Of a stretch of 64,000 nt of DNA, positions 1 to 10,317 are shown piece after piece. This stretch comes from an uncultured Actinomycetes bacterium. GTDB lineage: Bacteria > Actinomycetota > UBA4738 > HRBIN12. Location: positions 992,001 to 1,056,000 of the forward strand of contig CAVPIB010000004.1 in NCBI GenBank assembly GCA_963704885.1. The letters run 5' to 3'. The number at the start of each line of letters is the position of its first letter. Position 1 is the first letter of the stretch. Position numbers and translations under genes: made by a program. The notes under the pieces are model-generated. The model did not search any database. It was not told the origin of the DNA and worked only from the letters and a program-made list of their open reading frames with translations.

Positions 1-1269
1 CGTGATGTTGCCGACCGGATCGTAGGCATAGGCGATCTTGGTGAGCCCGGTTGATGCCGAGCACGGCGTTGGCGTCGTGTCGTAGCAGACCTGCTGGAGC
101 CGGTCGTCGTTGAGGTACGTGTAGTTGATCGTCTCCGTCGGCGTGACCACCTTCGTGGGGTTGCCCACCGCGTCCAGGGTGTAGTTGAAGCTCGAGAGCG
201 TGACGCCGCTGCGGATGTTCGTGAGGTTGGTGAGACGGTCTGCCTTGTCGTAGGTCGCCGTAGACACGAACCCGTTCGCGTTGGGAAGCGTCTTCGTGAT
301 GGTGCCGGCCCCCACGTTGTAGGCGAACCTGGTGGAGGTCGTCGGAGCGGACCCGCACGAGGCCGTAGAGGTTCCCACGAACGCGTAGCAGAGGCGGTTG
401 TGGCTGTCGTAGTTGTAGGAGGTCTTGGTCGCCGCGGAGTCTGGATAGGTCCTTCGGGTGAGATTCCCGGCGGCGTCGTAGATGTAGCTGAACTGGGGAG
501 CCCCCGTCCCGGGACCGCGCTTGGCGGTGAGGAGCCGGTTCATCTTGTCGTAGGTGTAGTTCATGACGGCTGACGCGCCATCGGTCATGGTGGCCCTGTT
601 CCCGGCGTTGTCGTAGGTGAACGAGACATTCGGGGTCGTCGGGGCGTTGCTGAAGGTGATCGAGGAGAGCCGGTCCATCTGGTCGTTGGTGCGGGTGATG
701 GTGGCACCAGAAGGGAGCGTCTCGGTGACCTGACTGGTGGCGGGGTTGTAGAGCGAGTACTGCCACGTGTGAAGAGGATCGGTGACCAACTTCAGCTCGT
801 TGTTGTCCCAGTACTGATAGCTCGTGATGTTGTTGTTCTGGTCCTTCACGGTGGCGATGTTCCCGTTGCCGTCGTACGTGAACGAGACCTTGCGGCCCAG
901 CGGATCGTTGACCTCTTGCAGGCGTCCGCCAGGGAAGTAGGTGTAGGTCGTGAGGTGCAGGTTTGCATCCTGGACTGTGTACAAGGAGCCCGTTGGCTTG
1001 TAAGCGTACGTCGTCGTCTGGATCAGCGGATCCGTCACCGTGTTCAGCTGGTTGTTCGGGTAGTAGGTGTAGTTCCAGGTGTAGTCGGCCGGGAGGTTGG
1101 GCGAGGTGTTCCCCCGTGGAGTGACCATGCTCAACCGCCAGCCCGTGTTCACGTTGTACGTGTAGCTGGTAGCACCGGAGGGCGGGGCGTTGCATGCGTT
1201 CGGGGACGTCCCCACGAAGACCCAGCAGAGGTTGCCCTGTCCGTCGTAGCGATACGTGGTGACGTTGCC
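1..1269 (-). CDS. YD/RHS-repeat region, continuation of the large RHS protein (partial, runs off window)
   Basis: Stop-free minus frame read by hand: GNVTTYRYDGQGNL...VSFTYDGNGNIATVKD...FTYDNAGNRATMTD...YAYDPVGNIT. It joins the 1149..4571 ORF if one G is restored in the run at 1268-1270. Confidence 0.9.
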
Positions 1270-4200
1270 CGAGGATCGGTGACGGTCTCGAGCAGTTTCG
1301 AAGTTGGGTTGTATGTGTACAACTGCTTGTTCGCTTGCGTGGCCCCCGAGCATGTTGCGCCGGGCGCTGTTGGCAGGAGCACGCACGTGAGGTTCCCTGC
1401 CGCGTCGTACTCGTACCTCGTGACGTTGCCACGCCCATCGGTGAAACTGGTGACCTCGCTGAAGCTGTTGTAGGTGTACGACGTGGTGTTGCTGGTGAGC
1501 GGAGGGATGATCGTCAGCGAGGTCACGTGACCGTCCCCGGGGTCATCGTACGTGTAGTTGTAGACCCACAGCCGATTCCCGGGCCGCGTGATCTGCGTCG
1601 GGTTGTTGTGGATGTCATAGTTCGAGTACGTGGTTACGTTGTTGTTGGGGTCCGTCGAGCTGATCAACTTCCCGCCGTCATAGGAATCGATCCAGTCATG
1701 GCCGTTGTTGTCCGTGAAGGTAGTGACACCCGAATCGGATCCGGGGAACAGGGTCGAGTAGTAGCTGGTGTACTGGTTCGCATCGAGTTGAGAGATGACT
1801 GCGCCCGTGGCTAGGTCATACAGGTTGGCCACGACCGGCTGGTTGTTCTGATCCGTGATCTGCGCCAACTGCGCGCCGTTGTACGTGTAAGTCGTCGTTC
1901 CACCGCCGAGATCGTCGACGAACCTCAGCTGTCCGTTGACGAAGCGATACGTCACGGTTCGTCCACCAGGAAGGGTCATCACCGTGGTATCCGCGTTCGG
2001 GTATGAGAAATCGATCGTACGGTTCGCCGTGTCCGTAACGGAGTCAAGCTGTCCTGAGGAGTAGGAGAGCGTCAGGGCGTGGCCATTGCGATCGGTGATG
2101 GCGAGTAGTGCACCCACGGCGTTGAACCTGTAGACGGTGTGATCCGGTTGGGTGAGGAGATACTCGTTGCTGATGTTCTTCACGAGTGTGTCTCTCACCC
2201 CATCGCCGGACGTGTAGCTGGCTCCGGACTTCGTGAAGGTGAGTTCAGGCCCGTTCGGAAGGAAGGCGCGCACGTCGCCGTTCCCGAGGATCTCCAGGGA
2301 CGCGTCGAACGAGTCAGTCCACCCCACGCCGAATCGGCCAACATGAGGAAGCAGGGAGTTGTACCAACGCGTGAACACGAACGGCATCCCGATCCCCGGG
2401 ACGCTGGCATCGGTCGTGGACCACGAGAAGTTGCCGCTGGACGTATCGACAGGGTCTCCCCTGAGCGCCCGCGGCGTCGAGGCGTCGACGACCTGAGCGG
2501 GTCCGATCTCTTGTGCGAGCAAAGGAACGAACTTGACCCGCCGGAGCCGGTGGTTGCCCGAGTCCGCTATCCACAGATCCGTTCCATCCGACGCGAGACC
2601 GGTCACTTGCGAGAACTTCGCGCCATGCCAGGAATCGTCGCTCATCCCAGCTGAGCTGCCGACCAGGTTGCCGACCGCACCGGTCGCCTTCGTGATCCTC
2701 TCCACGCCGGTGTCTCCTGGGGCGGACACGTAGAGGAAGTCGCCCGCGGAGACCAGCTGACCGATCCCCGCGACCGCCGTGCAGAACCCCGGGATCGAGT
2801 AGATCGTGGTGGACCCGTCCGAGAGTTTGATCCTCAACAGATCGTTGCCGCACGGGAAGCTGGGCGTGATCGCCTCGGTGATCCACAGATGGGTCGCATC
2901 GGAGGTGATGGAGAGCCCTGATTTGTAGGTCGTGTACTGGTAGTAGTTCGTGACCGTCCCGTTGATGGGGTCCACGCGATAGACCCATGGCCCGTTCGAC
3001 GCGACGTACAGGTATCCGTCGGGGCCGTAGGTTAGCGAGCCCGTGACGGCCGAGGTGACGGTGGATGTGGCACCCGTCGAAAGGGACACGCGCCGGATGC
3101 CGCATTCCGGATCCGACAGGTAGAGGTAGTAGCCGTCCGAGTCCATGTCGCTGAGGATGAGCCCGGTGCCCCCTAACCGGACCTGGGCCGGATCAGCGCT
3201 GTCCACACAGCCCGTCGCGGTTGGGGACCCCGTCAGGGTCGTGACCTGTGCGGTCGCGAGGTCGATCCTCCGCACTGCCCCGATCGTGGAGAGATAGGCG
3301 GCACCATCCACGATGGTCGCTCCACCCAGATTCTTGAAGCTCGCAGCTGTTCCCCGTGCATCGACGGTAGCCGCAGTTCCATCGCCGGCGAACGTCGTGA
3401 CCCGCCGGGTAGATGTCGACCGTCGATTTGGCAGGCCGGACTCACTCTTCGGCAGAGCCGTATCGGCACGACATTGCGGAACCGATGGTTGCCGGAATCC
3501 AACAACCAGAGACTGGAACCGTCCGAGGCGACCCCTGTGATCTTGGAGAACCATGCGTCGGTCCCCGTTCAGTTCTGGTAGCCGACCCCGTGGTGCCCGC
3601 CGTCTGCACGATCGAGCCGTGGCCTTCGTGATCCGCTCTAACGCCGAGTCGGTGAGATTCGAGACGTAGAGGTAGTTCCCCGCGGAAGCGAGCTGGCTGA
3701 TCCCGGCGAGCTTCGGGCAGCTGCCGGACAGCGAGTAGAGCGTGGTCGAACCGTTGGCGAGCGTGATCCGAAGGAGATCGGTACCACACGGGAGCCCCTC
3801 GATCACCCAGAGGTACGACGAGTCGGCGGCGATGGAGATCCCGTACTTCGAGAACGTGTACTGGTAGTAGTTGGTCTTGGATCCCGTGGTGGTGTCGACC
3901 CGGTAGATGTACGAGCTGCCGGCGACATACAGGAAGCCGTCGGGGCCAACCGTGACGGAGCCAGTGGCCGTCGTGGTCAGCGTGGAAGTGGCACCGCTGG
4001 CTAGATCGATCTTGCGGATCCCGCATTCAGGATCAGACAGATACAGATACGTTCCATCGGAGTCCATGTCGCCCAGGTAGAGCCCGCTGCCACCGAATCT
4101 GACGGCGGTCGGGTCCGTGCTATCGACGCATCCGGTCGATGTGGGCGAGCCGGCGCGCGTCGTGACCTGGGCGGTCGCCAGGTCGACGCGTCGAACTGCC

Positions 4201-4853
4201 CCGGTTGTTGAGACGTAGGCGGCGCCCGACACAACGACCGACCCACCCATATCCTTGAAACTCGCGCCCGAGCCGGTGCCATCGACGGTTGCGGAAGTAC
4301 CACTTCCAGCGAACGTCGAGACCAGACCCGTTGCGATATCGACGTTGGTGTCTGCCGTGGGGAAGATGGAGTTGCCGTTGAGACGAAGCGATGCAGACGA
4401 AGTATCCGCCCGTCGAATGAGATGACGGATCCGAATCGATGTCCGATCGGAGCTGCGGGCGAGCTCAGGGGATGGATGGATCCCCGCCGCCATGATGGCC
4501 GTGGATGGTTCGCTGTTGCGCATCCGCTCCTTGAAACGTGAGGCAGCCTCCGAACGGCGTGCGGCATCCAACCCGTGATTGGCTGCCCGCTACGGGGTGA
4601 CGCGCGCTCGCGTCGTCTCAGCTATCGCAGGGACGGCGACCGAGACGACCAGCAGGCTGACGACCAAGGCAGCTCTGCGAAGGAAAGCCGATCGACCGAC
4701 TCGACGAGATTCGATCCCTGAAACCTGGCCGCAGTCTGGAGCGTCGAGCGGTGCCCCGGGCGCCGCGAACCACGAAATCCCATCGGATCTCTCCCCCTCG
4801 TGTTCGGCGATGCGGGCGCTGCGGACGCTAGCGCTCTTCTTGACAGCTGACAA
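1269..4853 (-). CDS. Secreted NHL-like beta-propeller x2 + DUF6531 + YD/RHS protein, N-terminal part (frameshifted/interrupted)
   Basis: Signal-like segment RRAALVVSLLVVSVAVPAIA in the 4590..4853 ORF, in the same frame as 1149..4571. Two ~290-aa repeats (TFAGxG...DGxxLWxxDSGNHR), DUF6531-like GDPVDTSSGNF...RWYNS...GRFGVGW, then YD repeats. True start uncertain. Confidence 0.8.
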
Positions 4854-4941
4854 AACCCGCAGTACAGGACCACCTCAAGAGACCCTGGGAGAGGCTCAGG
4901 TCACTGATTCGCGGACACTTGAGGCTTGTGTTCTCCGATGA

Positions 4942-6897
4942 TCACCAGGGAACCCGGACCACGCGAACCGGCTCGGCCAGCCCTTTAAGGTTGACCTCCC
5001 GCGGCTCATCGCTCGTCACGTCCAAGCCGTCGAGCGTTCCCTCGCTCGCGAGGATCACGCCGCCGTCTGCCATCGATCCGATCCGCGCCGCCGCGTGAAC
5101 ACCCAAACCGCTGAAGCCGGTCCCGGCTCGCGTCGCCTCCGTGGCATGCAGGCCGATGCGCACCTGTGGCGCGAAGCCGTGCCCCTTCCGATGTTCCGCG
5201 AGCATGCGCTGGATCTCTATGGCACACGCGACGGCCGCAGGAGCGCTTTCGAATGCCACGAAGAACCCATCGCCCGCGTGGTCGACCTCTTCACCCGCAT
5301 GTTCGGCGAAGCAGGTCCGCAGAGCATCGTCGTGCCAGCGCCGCAGGTCCTGCCACGCTTGGTCACCGATCGCTTCCACCAATGCCGTGGAGCCCACGAT
5401 GTCGGTGAACATGAACGTGCGGCTCTCACGCGTGGACGTGTCGGTCGGGACCATGCGTTCGAGCGTCTCGGCAGCTCGCCGGGCGTCCGGCACGGCCCCC
5501 AGCCGCTCGAAGGTCGCTAGCGCGCTCTGCAGCTCCGAGATCGCGGCGTCCCGGTCGCCGTCCGCGAGGTAGGCCTCCGCGAGGGATGTGGAGGCCAGCC
5601 CGGTCTCGAACGGTGCATCGATCTGACGCCAATGTTGCGCGGCCCGCCGCAGCTCGCGAACCGCGTCCTCAGCAGCCCCGCCCATGAGGTAGACGATGCC
5701 TCCGGTCTCCTCTGCGCTGGCCTGCAGAGCCGTGGTCCCGTACTCCTTCGCGATCGCGGCGAGCTCTTCCGCGGCGGCTCGCGCCACCTCGACCTGGCCG
5801 AGCGCGCGAGCGACCCGAACCTGCGCCGGCAGCAAGCGCGCCCGAGCCAGCCGTTCCCACGTGAGCTCATCGAGGCTCCGCCGGATGGACGCGGCGGCCG
5901 CATCGGTCTTCCCCTCGGCCAGCAGGAGCATCGTCATCCCGGGCTGAGGGTCCTCGCCCAACTCGTGCGCCCGACGGAACGCCTCGCCGGCCCCTTCGAG
6001 ATCTCCCATCCGCAACCGCACCTCTCCCAGCTCGTGGAAGGCGGCGCCGGCGTGCACGGGACTGAACTCGGAGAGCTCGTCGCAGGCTCGGCGAACCTCG
6101 GCCTCGGCCTCGGCCCACGATCCGACCAGGCGCATGACCTCCGCCCGGTGCACGCGGCAGACGCCCGGGAAGCCGGTGATCGCCTGACGCTCACACCATC
6201 GCTTCGCGGCGTCGGCCCACTCCGTGGCGCGTCCATAGTCGGCAAGATCCCGGCACGTGCTGATCACGTTGCAGAACACCGCCCCGGTCGTGTAGGCCCC
6301 GAGCTCACCGCCGACAGCCGCGGCGCTCACCTCTTCCATGTGGAGCCAGCCTTCCTCGACCTCTCCCTTGTCGACGAGCGTCATGCCCCTTCGCATCGAG
6401 GTCCACGCTCGCAGGTCGCGGTCGCTCGACCGGCCCGCGATCTCGACCGCGCGATCGAAATGTGAGAGGGCGTGGTCCAGCTCGCCCTTGCCGCCGGCGA
6501 GCTCACCGTGGGCTAGCGCGAGGTACCCGTGCGCAGTCGATTCCGGCTCATCTTCGAGGAGCGTCTCCGCGCGGTTCAGCCACCCGCTCGCCACCGATGC
6601 GGCGAGCTTGGCCGAGTACTCCCGACGAAGCGTCAGCGCCACGAACGCCGCAGGAGCGCGATCGCCTCGTTCGACGAGCGCGGCGTAGGCTCGCTCACGC
6701 GCCGAGATCGACCCGTTCTGATGACCCGTCCACCATGCCGCCTTGGCCAGGCCGATGAGGTCCTCGGGCGGGAGCGAACCCGCTACATCCAGCGCCGAGA
6801 GCAGCTCGTACGCCTCGGGCCAGGCGAGACGACGCACGGCGTCGCGCCCGCGTTCGAGGCCATCGTTGAAGTCGGGTGGCTGCATCATGTCGGTCAT
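4942..6897 (-). CDS. TPR-like helical sensor fused to class III adenylate/guanylate cyclase domain
   Basis: C-terminal FTDIVGST, AGDGFF, VRIGLH, VHAAARI, LKG. The N-terminal region resembles the TPR part of actinobacterial LuxR regulators. GGAGG precedes the ATG at 6897. Confidence 0.85.
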   Translation of the reverse strand: MTDMMQPPDFNDGLERGRDAVRRLAWPEAYELLSALDVAGSLPPEDLIGLAKAAWWTGHQNGSISARERAYAALVERGDRAPAAFVALTLRREYSAKLAASVASGWLNRAETLLEDEPESTAHGYLALAHGELAGGKGELDHALSHFDRAVEIAGRSSDRDLRAWTSMRRGMTLVDKGEVEEGWLHMEEVSAAAVGGELGAYTTGAVFCNVISTCRDLADYGRATEWADAAKRWCERQAITGFPGVCRVHRAEVMRLVGSWAEAEAEVRRACDELSEFSPVHAGAAFHELGEVRLRMGDLEGAGEAFRRAHELGEDPQPGMTMLLLAEGKTDAAAASIRRSLDELTWERLARARLLPAQVRVARALGQVEVARAAAEELAAIAKEYGTTALQASAEETGGIVYLMGGAAEDAVRELRRAAQHWRQIDAPFETGLASTSLAEAYLADGDRDAAISELQSALATFERLGAVPDARRAAETLERMVPTDTSTRESRTFMFTDIVGSTALVEAIGDQAWQDLRRWHDDALRTCFAEHAGEEVDHAGDGFFVAFESAPAAVACAIEIQRMLAEHRKGHGFAPQVRIGLHATEATRAGTGFSGLGVHAAARIGSMADGGVILASEGTLDGLDVTSDEPREVNLKGLAEPVRVVRVPW

Positions 6898-6940
6898 TCT
6901 GCCTCCCGCCCCCGTTCCGGGGGAAGGGTAGGCTCCCGAC

Positions 6941-8098
6941 GTGGACTTCGACCTCTCACCTGAGCAGGAGGCGTTCCGCGGCGTCGTCCGCGCGTTCGCG
7001 GAGGACGTCGTCGCGCCCCAGGCCGCCGAGTCCGACCGCGAGGAGCGGTTCCCGCTCGACGTCGTGAAGCGCATGGGCGAGCTCGGGTTGTTCGGTCTCC
7101 CCTTCCCGGAGGCGTACGGCGGCAGCGACGCCGACGCCATCACCCTGTGCCTGGCGATCGAGGAGCTTGGCCGCGTGGACCAGTCGATCGGCATCACGCT
7201 CTCCGCAGCCGTCGGCCTGGCCGGGGGCTTGATCCACCGGTTCGGAACCGACGAGCAGAAGGAGCGGTGGCTCGCGCCACTCTGTCGCGGCGAGTCGCTC
7301 GGCTCGTTCGCGCTCACCGAGCCGGGAGCGGGGTCCGACGCCGCCGCCACGAGCACCACGGCCCGGGAGGACGACGGAGATTGGACGATCGACGGCACCA
7401 AGGCCTTCATCACGAACAGCGGCACGCCTATCACGGCGTTCCACGTAGTGGTCGCCGCGACCGAGCCCGGCGGCGGCACGCGCGGGCTCTCGACCATCGT
7501 CGTGCCCGCCGACTCGCCCGGCCTCACCGTAGACCCCGCCTATCGCAAGCTGGGCTGGCACGCCAGCGACACGCACGGTCTCACGTTCCAGGACTGCCGC
7601 GTGCCCATGGATCACCTGCTTGGCGAGCGGGGGAAGGGCTTCTCCCAGTGCCTGGAGATCCTGACAGAAGCACGGATCACGGTGGCCGCCCTCGCGGTGG
7701 GACTCGCGCAGGCGTGCATGGAGGCGAGCGTGGCCTACGCGAAGGAGCGCGAGGCGTTCGGGCGGCCAATCGGCGCGTACCAGGCCACCCAGATGAAGAT
7801 CGCCGACATGCGCGCCAAGACCGAGACCGCGCGCTTGGCTACGTACCGGGCGGCATGGCTGAAGGATCAGGGCCGGCCCCACGTGGCCGAGGCGTCGATC
7901 GCGAAGCTCGTCGCCAGCGAGACGGCGGTCGAGTGCGCGCGCGAGGCCGTGCAGATCCACGGCGCGTCCGGATACAGCGAGGACCTCCCGATCGCGCGCT
8001 ACTACCGCGACGCGAAGGTGCTGGAGATCGGCGAGGGCACCAGCGAGATCCACCGGCTGATCCTGGCTCGCGACCTCGGCCTGCCCGACACGTTCTGA
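6941..8098 (+). CDS. Acyl-CoA dehydrogenase
   Basis: FALTEPGAGSDA, GTKAFITN, REAFGRPIG, QIHGASGY, IGEGTSEI. TAGGCT lies 6 nt before the GTG. Confidence 0.95.
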   Translation: MDFDLSPEQEAFRGVVRAFAEDVVAPQAAESDREERFPLDVVKRMGELGLFGLPFPEAYGGSDADAITLCLAIEELGRVDQSIGITLSAAVGLAGGLIHRFGTDEQKERWLAPLCRGESLGSFALTEPGAGSDAAATSTTAREDDGDWTIDGTKAFITNSGTPITAFHVVVAATEPGGGTRGLSTIVVPADSPGLTVDPAYRKLGWHASDTHGLTFQDCRVPMDHLLGERGKGFSQCLEILTEARITVAALAVGLAQACMEASVAYAKEREAFGRPIGAYQATQMKIADMRAKTETARLATYRAAWLKDQGRPHVAEASIAKLVASETAVECAREAVQIHGASGYSEDLPIARYYRDAKVLEIGEGTSEIHRLILARDLGLPDTF

Positions 8099-8652
8099 TG
8101 CCGGCGGGCACATACGCGATCCTCGGTGACGACGGGCAGAAGGTCGGGACCGAGTCGTTCCGTTGCGCTCCGGGGCCCATGGGCTGGAGGTACTTCGCCG
8201 AGATCGAGACCTCCGAGAACGGCCAGCACCATGAGGTCGTAGACATCGTGGTCGATGCCGAATGGCGGATCGTCCGCATGCGTATCGACTCGGGCGAGCA
8301 CCAGCTGCTCCTGGAGCCGTCCGGCGGCGAGCACCTCGACTACCTCACTCCGGCGACGAATCTCATCACGACGAAGCGCCTGACCGGCACGACCGAGCTC
8401 GACGTCGTCTTCATCGAACCGTTCACGCTGGAGCAGGTTCGCGAGCGCCAGCGGTACGAGCTGCGCGGGGAGGAGCTGATCGACACGCCTGTCGGCCGGT
8501 TCGAGGCCGTTAGGTGGACGTACACGTCGCTGGCGAGCGGGTGGTCGAGCGACCTGTGGGTAGCGGACGAAGTCGTCGTCCGCTACGCCCGGATATTCGA
8601 GCTGAACGAGTACGACCCTGGGGCGAGCGGCCCCCGGGTCATTGGTCCCTGA
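8098..8652 (+). CDS. Hypothetical beta-rich protein (possibly putative glycolipid-binding domain-like)
   Basis: TGATG coupling to the upstream gene. TPATN, RQRYE and DLWV..VVRY are reminiscent of that family. Confidence 0.65.
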   Translation: MPAGTYAILGDDGQKVGTESFRCAPGPMGWRYFAEIETSENGQHHEVVDIVVDAEWRIVRMRIDSGEHQLLLEPSGGEHLDYLTPATNLITTKRLTGTTELDVVFIEPFTLEQVRERQRYELRGEELIDTPVGRFEAVRWTYTSLASGWSSDLWVADEVVVRYARIFELNEYDPGASGPRVIGP

Positions 8653-8701
8653 GACGCCCTACTCGGTTCTCAGCAGCTCCACGCTGAACCCAGACCGAGC
8701 C

Positions 8702-8840
8702 TGTCAACCGGTTGACACCTCGCGCCTGTCGCAACGCCGCCGGCTGGAAACAGGTTGACGGGCATCGTCGCAGGTCGCACATGTCGACCAGTGGACACCC
8801 ACGGCCCGCCGCACCGCTGGCTCGCGTCAACCGGTTGACA
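8702..8840. repeat. Four copies of 16-bp palindrome TGTCAACCGGTTGACA (REP-like array)
   Basis: Copies start at 8702 (16/16), 8745 (12/16), 8782 (13/16) and 8825 (15/16), between convergent genes. Confidence 0.75.
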
Positions 8841-8875
8841 CAACCCGCGCAGCGGCACCAGACGGTCCCCTCTCG

Positions 8876-10207
8876 CTAGCCCTCCAACGCCTCGTCGGCG
8901 ATCAGCAGCGCTCGGTCGATGATCTCGAACCCCTCGCCCAGCTGCTCCTCCGTGATCGGCAGCGGCGGGTTGGTCATCAGGTTCCACCAATGGGTCATGG
9001 TGTAGAGGCCGTTGTCGAGCAGGAACCGAGCCACATCGGCCATGACCGGACTCGTCGTATTGAACGCCGAGATCGGCTCCATGGTCTCGCGGTTCTTCAC
9101 CAGATCCAGGCACCCGAACAACCCGATGTTGCGGACCGCTCCGACTGATGGATGCTTGTCCTTCAGCTCCTGATGGTGGCGGGCCATCACATCGCCCATC
9201 TTGCGGGTGTGCTCGATCAGACCGTCCTCTTCGTACACCGCGATCGTAGCGAGCGCCGCCGCCACGCCGAGCGGATGCGTGTTGTAAGTCAGACCGCCCC
9301 AGAACACGTTCTCCTGGAAATGGGCCGCCACGTGGGGCGCCAGCCCCAGCGCGCCGAGCGGCGCGTACGACGACGTCAAACCCTTGGCGCACGCGATGAT
9401 GTCCGGCACCACATCCCAGTGGTTCACCGCGAACCACTCTCCGGTCCGTCCGAAGCCGCACATGACCTCGTCGCTCACCATCAGGATCCCGTACTCGGTG
9501 CACAGCTCGCGGACACCCTGCAGGTAACCATCGGGCGGGATCAGGATCCCGTTCGTCCCGGTGACCGTCTCGATGAAGAACGCAGCGACGGTCGAGGCTC
9601 CCTCCAGCTGGATCGTTTCCTCCAGCCGCGCAAGCGCCGTCGCGGCGTCGTCCGCCGGCTGATCGGGGCCGTGGTACGGATCCAGCACGTGCACCACCCC
9701 CGACAGCGCCGGTTCGTTCGCCCAGCGTCGTGGGTCGCCCGTCAGCGTCATGGCGCCCGTGGTGGCGCCGTGGTACGAGCGATAGCGCGCCATCACCTTG
9801 TGGCGGCCGGTGACCATCCGCGCGATCTTGATCGCGTTCTCATTCGCCTCGGCTCCGCCCAGGGTGAAGAAGGACTTCTCGATGTCACCCGGGTAGAGCT
9901 CGGCCATCTTCTGACCCAGGAGCGCTCGCCCCTCGTAGGCCATGAACGGCGAGATGTAGGTGAGGCGCTTGGCCTGCTCGTGCATCGCGTCGATCACGCG
10001 GCGATCGCCGTGACCGATGTTCACACCCATCAGCTGGCTGTTGAAGTCGATGTAGCGCTTGCCGTCCACGTCCCAGAAGTAGATCCCCTCGGCCCGGTCC
10101 ACCGCGATGGGCGAGGCCTTCGACTGCGCCTGCCAGTCGTAGAGCGTGTAACGCTTCGAAAGCTCGACGATGCCCTGAGCGTCGAGCTTTCCTGGGTCCT
10201 CGGTCAT
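8876..10207 (-). CDS. Class III PLP aminotransferase (omega-amino acid/taurine:pyruvate-like)
   Basis: GGAEANE, SYHG, DEVMCGFGRTG, PDIIACAKGL, GLTY. GGAGGG SD. Confidence 0.92.
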   Translation of the reverse strand: MTEDPGKLDAQGIVELSKRYTLYDWQAQSKASPIAVDRAEGIYFWDVDGKRYIDFNSQLMGVNIGHGDRRVIDAMHEQAKRLTYISPFMAYEGRALLGQKMAELYPGDIEKSFFTLGGAEANENAIKIARMVTGRHKVMARYRSYHGATTGAMTLTGDPRRWANEPALSGVVHVLDPYHGPDQPADDAATALARLEETIQLEGASTVAAFFIETVTGTNGILIPPDGYLQGVRELCTEYGILMVSDEVMCGFGRTGEWFAVNHWDVVPDIIACAKGLTSSYAPLGALGLAPHVAAHFQENVFWGGLTYNTHPLGVAAALATIAVYEEDGLIEHTRKMGDVMARHHQELKDKHPSVGAVRNIGLFGCLDLVKNRETMEPISAFNTTSPVMADVARFLLDNGLYTMTHWWNLMTNPPLPITEEQLGEGFEIIDRALLIADEALEG

Positions 10208-10317
10208 ATGGCTGGTCCCTCCTGACGGTTCACCTACTGATGTTGCCACACGGCGGCTAGCGTCGGAACACGCTCGCGGGCTAGGCTGCCCGGACCGTTC
10301 CGATACAGGGGGAAACT

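Noticed and set aside
3568-4592. Selenocysteine/pyrrolysine read-through of the in-frame TGA and TAG in the RHS gene
   Set aside because: The TGA sits where Gly is expected, amid indels. No recoding machinery or SECIS is visible, so error or decay is simpler.
8702-8840. CRISPR array
   Set aside because: The 16-bp repeats are too short and degenerate, spacers are 21-27 nt, and there are no cas genes or leader.
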